From an uncultured Poribacteria bacterium (lineage in GTDB: Bacteria > Poribacteria > WGA-4E > WGA-3G): a stretch of DNA of 64,000 nucleotides. Positions 60,285-64,000 of the stretch are shown piece by piece (position 1 is the first letter of the stretch; each line of letters opens with the position of its first letter). The stretch is from the NCBI GenBank assembly GCA_958296135.2, contig CATQHZ020000001.1, positions 2,592,001 through 2,656,000 on the forward strand. The letters run 5' to 3'. Made by a program: the position numbers and the translations under genes. The notes under the pieces were generated by a model. It searched no databases, was not told the DNA's origin, and saw only the letters and a list, made by a program, of their open reading frames with translations.

Positions 60285-60887
60285 ATGACGCAAAAAGCCA
60301 ACAGACCGGTTGCAAACCGGTCCCTATCACAAAAAATCCGCAGGCTAATCCATTGGCTCTCGCACCGAGACGGACCGCTCCGAAATTGGCGGTATATCCC
60401 GACTCGGTTGCTCTTGCGGAAATTGCGCTCTGAGTCCTACGAAATCCGTGCCTACGCCGCAGAAGGCTTAGGCTCCATCGGCGACGTGCATGCTATCGCA
60501 CCACTCATCGGCGCATTAACCGATGAAAACACCACCGTCCGCCGGTTCGCCATTTCCTCGCTAGGGCATCTCCGCGATGAACGCGCTGTTGATGTCCTGA
60601 TTCCGTTCATCCAAGATGAAGAACCGGATATGCGATGCGCCGCTGTCGTCGCACTCGGAGAACTGGGCTTAACTCCAACGCCGCCGGGCCAAGTCATAGA
60701 GGCCCTAATAGCCAGCATGGCGGATACCGACAGAGCCGTCTGCTCCGCCGCCGTCGTCGCACTCGGCAGAATTGGCAATCCACAGGCGGTCTCCGCGCTC
60801 AACGCTTTGGCAGAAACAACCGAAAGTGAATGGGTCCGCCGCTACATCAGCGAGGCCTTACACCAGATCGAAGAACAAAACGCATAA
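60285..60887 (+). CDS. HEAT/PBS lyase-like repeat protein
   Basis: Repeats RAYAAEGLGSIGD, RRFAISSLGHLRD, RCAAVVALGELG, SAAVVALGRIGN. Confidence 0.85.
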   Translation: MTQKANRPVANRSLSQKIRRLIHWLSHRDGPLRNWRYIPTRLLLRKLRSESYEIRAYAAEGLGSIGDVHAIAPLIGALTDENTTVRRFAISSLGHLRDERAVDVLIPFIQDEEPDMRCAAVVALGELGLTPTPPGQVIEALIASMADTDRAVCSAAVVALGRIGNPQAVSALNALAETTESEWVRRYISEALHQIEEQNA

Positions 60888-60901
60888 GGAGAACGGCTCT
60901 C

Positions 60902-61156
60902 ATGGCGCAACTCAAATGTTCGCGATGCGGTTCTGAGAAAATCATGCGCAATTTAAAAATTCAGGACCGCGGTGACGGAAACTGGTCCCACGACTTAGAA
61001 GTCGAAATTCACGGTAAACCCGAGGCCCTGGTTTTCAAAGATACCCATCGGGAGGCACTGCGTGCAACCGTGTGCGGCGAATGCGGCACCGTCGCGCTAA
61101 CCGTTGATAATCCACAGGCGTTATGGAAAATCTATTCACAACAGCAGCAGAATTAA
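60902..61156 (+). CDS. Small zinc-ribbon protein
   Basis: AGGAG RBS; CSRCG...CGECG. Confidence 0.7.
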   Translation: MAQLKCSRCGSEKIMRNLKIQDRGDGNWSHDLEVEIHGKPEALVFKDTHREALRATVCGECGTVALTVDNPQALWKIYSQQQQN

Positions 61157-61160
61157 ACCG

Positions 61161-61637
61161 ATGATTATCCGTTTCAAAAAAGGCAAACATCAGGGAAAGC
61201 ACAAACCCGACACGCTCACCTGCATCCGCGACGACAGCAGTATCACGTGGACGCATCTCCACAGCGGGTTCGTGCAGCATGACCTCGGGCACTACGTCGC
61301 CGAAACGACATGCGGTTTCAAAAATGCCTTTTTCAGCCTCGTCGCAAAAGGGCACGACATCCCCGATTTCAGCCGCCCCAAATCCGAACGTCCCTTTGAA
61401 ATCCCGCAAGAAGCAACGGCAGTAGAACCGCTCGTTGCCCTGTTACAAGCGGAATTGTGGGAGAGTTTTCCAGCACCGCTGCTTGAGAGCAACAGCGCGT
61501 GCCTCCCTCCAAACGTCACTGAGGCGCAAATTGAATCAATGCGCAAGCAACTGCGCGAATTGTTGCGGCGATGGGGCAACTTAGAACCGGGGGAATCAAT
61601 GGAACTAGAATTTGGACCCAGTGCGTCTCACGACTAA
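61161..61637 (+). CDS. Hypothetical protein
   Basis: LTCIRDDSS.TW, HDLGHYVAE (HxxxH-like), ends LEPGESMELEF. Confidence 0.65.
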   Translation: MIIRFKKGKHQGKHKPDTLTCIRDDSSITWTHLHSGFVQHDLGHYVAETTCGFKNAFFSLVAKGHDIPDFSRPKSERPFEIPQEATAVEPLVALLQAELWESFPAPLLESNSACLPPNVTEAQIESMRKQLRELLRRWGNLEPGESMELEFGPSASHD

Positions 61638-61721
61638 ACTTCCACAATTGCCCTCTTTACCCTCGTCAGGGGCGAGATGTTTATGGATTCCACGTGGAAA
61701 AATTGAAAAACTGATTTTAAT

Positions 61722-61750
61722 TTGACAAATAGTTAGAAATATCGTATAAT
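61722..61750 (+). promoter_or_regulatory. Consensus sigma70 promoter
   Basis: TTGACA-N17-TATAAT, ~255 bp upstream of the rmuC start. Confidence 0.8.
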
Positions 61751-62004
61751 TAAAAGCAACGCTTACTCATTTCTAGCAAACTGCCCTCTATCGGCAAAAA
61801 GTGATGGGTTTGAGGCAGGTTTGACTGAGACAAGCGCGCCGGCACACTTTTCACGTGGCAAACGAAACGGGTTCTCCACGTGTTTCCTCACCCCTGCCGT
61901 AATGAGCGGAGATGACATTCCATCTCCGCACGAAAAAAGTTTGACATCAGGACTATTCTGTGTGAGACTTGCTATGTCAATAACCGATAAAGGAAATAGA
62001 GATA

Positions 62005-63543
62005 ATGCAAAGTGCAATGTGGATTACGACAATAGTTCTGTTGTTAGGCAATCTTGGGATACTTGTTTTCTTGCTTAAGCGTCTTGCAGCAAAGGACAAG
62101 ACACAGGACGAGTTACTTGCCCTTCGCGAACTAGTCGCAAAATTGGAAAACGCGATCGGAGAGGAAGTCCCAAGGTTGGAAAAAGCGATCAAAGATGAGG
62201 TTAGGGCAAGTCAAGAGACTACAGCCAATACCCTCACTGTCCAACTTCAAAGTACTGCAGACACACTCGTTGGTGCTGTTGGTACACTTGGCGAAGCACA
62301 ATCGCAGCAATTGGGAAATGTGGTGGAGTCAATCAATAACTTGACGCAAACCAACGAAGAGAAACTCCAAGCCGTGCAGGCAAGCAATGAGACTAAGCTT
62401 GAACAGATACGTCAGTCTGTTAACGAACAACTCCAAACCGCAGTTGACACGCTTGTGACAACTGTCGGCGAACTTGGAGAAACGCAAAAACGCCAACTTG
62501 ATAGCGGGACGAAGGCAATCAACGATTTGACGCAAGCCAACGAAACCAGCATTGAGAATGTGCGAACAACGCTCACTACAGGCCTCAAAGACTTGCAGAC
62601 GAGCAACGAGAGCAAGTTGGAACAGATGCGTCAGACGGTTGACGAACAACTCCAATCAACTTTAGAAAGACGAATTGGAGAATCCTTCAAACTTGTCAGC
62701 ACTCATCTTGAGGCAGTGCAACAAGGACTCGGGGAAATGCAGAACCTTGCAATCGGGGTTGGCGATCTTCAGAAAGTTCTAACAAATGTTAGGACGAGAG
62801 GCACTTGGGGCGAGGTTCAACTGGGAGCACTCCTCGAACAGGTTCTCACGGCAGATCAGTATGATACGAATGTAAGAGTCAAGGAACATTCCCAAGAAGT
62901 TGTTGAGTTCGCGATTCGCCTTCCGGGGAGTGACGACCACCCCAGTTCCTGTCTCTGGTTGCCAATTGATTCTAAGTTCCCGGTTGCGGACTATCAAAGG
63001 TTGGTTGATGCTACTGATTCAGAAACTGAGCAGCGAGCAACTAGAGCGTTCATTCGGACAGTAGAATCCGAAGCCAGGGGTATTCGGGACAAGTACATCG
63101 TGCCACCGAAGACAACGGATTTCGCGATTATGTTCCTGCCTACAGAAGGGCTTTACGCTGAAGTGATCCGCCAGCCAGGCCAAGTGGAGAAACTCCAGAC
63201 AGAATACCGAATAATCGTTGCTGGTCCAACTACTCTAACCGCTATTCTGAACAGCCTACGGCTCGGTTTCCGAACATTGGCGATCCAGCAGCGTTCTAGT
63301 GAGGTCTGGGAGGTTCTTGCCGCTGTCAAGACCGAATTTGATAGATTTGGTGAGGTTATGACTAAGTTGAAACGTCAACTGAACACAGCCACCAAGACTG
63401 TCGAACAAACAAGTGTCCGCACACGAGCGATGGAGCGCAATTTGCGGGAGGTCGAAAAACTTCCGCCAGAAGTATCAGCCGCAAAACTTGGTTTCACGCT
63501 AGAAGAGCACACGATTAATGAGGATGATGCGGATGACTCATAG
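62005..63543 (+). CDS. rmuC: DNA recombination protein RmuC
   Basis: N-terminal TM and coiled coil; RGTWGEVQL, LPIDSKFP, TTDFAIMFLPTEGLYAE, GPTTL, GFRTLAIQQRSSEVW. Confidence 0.92.
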   Translation: MQSAMWITTIVLLLGNLGILVFLLKRLAAKDKTQDELLALRELVAKLENAIGEEVPRLEKAIKDEVRASQETTANTLTVQLQSTADTLVGAVGTLGEAQSQQLGNVVESINNLTQTNEEKLQAVQASNETKLEQIRQSVNEQLQTAVDTLVTTVGELGETQKRQLDSGTKAINDLTQANETSIENVRTTLTTGLKDLQTSNESKLEQMRQTVDEQLQSTLERRIGESFKLVSTHLEAVQQGLGEMQNLAIGVGDLQKVLTNVRTRGTWGEVQLGALLEQVLTADQYDTNVRVKEHSQEVVEFAIRLPGSDDHPSSCLWLPIDSKFPVADYQRLVDATDSETEQRATRAFIRTVESEARGIRDKYIVPPKTTDFAIMFLPTEGLYAEVIRQPGQVEKLQTEYRIIVAGPTTLTAILNSLRLGFRTLAIQQRSSEVWEVLAAVKTEFDRFGEVMTKLKRQLNTATKTVEQTSVRTRAMERNLREVEKLPPEVSAAKLGFTLEEHTINEDDADDS

Positions 63544-64000
63544 GCGTTTCAACCGAATCAACCAGAAATTCCAACAACTCCGAAGCCGAGGCACACCCGC
63601 TTTCATGCCATACCTCTGCGCCGGAGACCCAACGCCTGAACTCACTAGCAAACTCCTCCTCACACTGGAGGCAGCAGGCGCAGACCTCATCGAACTCGGT
63701 GTGCCGTTCTCCGACCCGATTGCAGACGGACCCACCATCCAACGCGCCAGCGAACGCGCACTTACACACGGCATCTCGCTGCAGCAAATCCTGGCGCAAG
63801 TCGCAACGCTCCGCCAGCAGACAGACATCCCCATCGCCTTGATGAGCTACTACAATCCCATCTTCCGAATGGGCGAAGAGGCGTTCTGCCAAGCCGCACA
63901 GGAAGCAGGCGTTGACGGTGTCATCGTCCCAGACCTGCCGCCGGAACAAGCCGAACCGCTACTCGCAGCCGCACCGAAATATAACCTCGCTACCATCTTC
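63533..64000 (+). CDS. trpA: Tryptophan synthase alpha chain (3' end outside window)
   Basis: MTHRRFNRI..AFMPYLCAGDP..GADLIELGVPFSDPIADGPTIQRA..LMSYYNPI..GVDGVIVPDLP. Not in the ORF track because it runs off the window. Confidence 0.95.
   Translation, partial: MTHRRFNRINQKFQQLRSRGTPAFMPYLCAGDPTPELTSKLLLTLEAAGADLIELGVPFSDPIADGPTIQRASERALTHGISLQQILAQVATLRQQTDIPIALMSYYNPIFRMGEEAFCQAAQEAGVDGVIVPDLPPEQAEPLLAAAPKYNLATIF

Noticed and set aside
61852-61882. c-di-GMP-I riboswitch suggested by GGCAAAC..GAAA
   Set aside because: The P2 stem and the downstream GCAAAGC/receptor elements are not present.

Overview
A gene-dense, moderately GC-rich bacterial window. It probably comes from Candidatus Poribacteria or a relative; this is an inference from the repeated C-terminal [KN]LTTTWGx[ILM]K tails, LamG, lamin-tail and dockerin exoproteins, five PhyH-family dioxygenases and a sulfatase. 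Housekeeping genes (guaB, an isolated nuoI, trpB, the start of trpA, xdhC, a UvrD/PcrA helicase) are interleaved with defence and accessory DNA. That accessory DNA includes two type III R-M loci, an ABC-ATPase plus nuclease pair between ~650-bp direct repeats, an MT-A70 methyltransferase, and remnants of a C5 methyltransferase and a HEPN/MNT pair. The main observations are: (1) a helicase that appears to contain a catalytically dead RecJ/DHH module, which itself contains an intact DnaQ exonuclease; (2) a type III mod gene frameshifted at a G9 tract, a candidate for phase variation; (3) a UGA-recoded UxxC peroxiredoxin-like selenoprotein with a SECIS-like hairpin; (4) a duplicated two-ORF membrane/coiled-coil module flanking the ATPase-nuclease cassette; (5) a family of tail-anchored coiled-coil proteins of very variable length; (6) several enzymes with altered catalytic residues; and (7) many GTAG/GTAA REP-like palindromes, two of them expanded into tandem arrays. 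I saw no rRNA, tRNA, CRISPR array, transposase or integrase. All family assignments come from reading motifs by eye; no searches were run.
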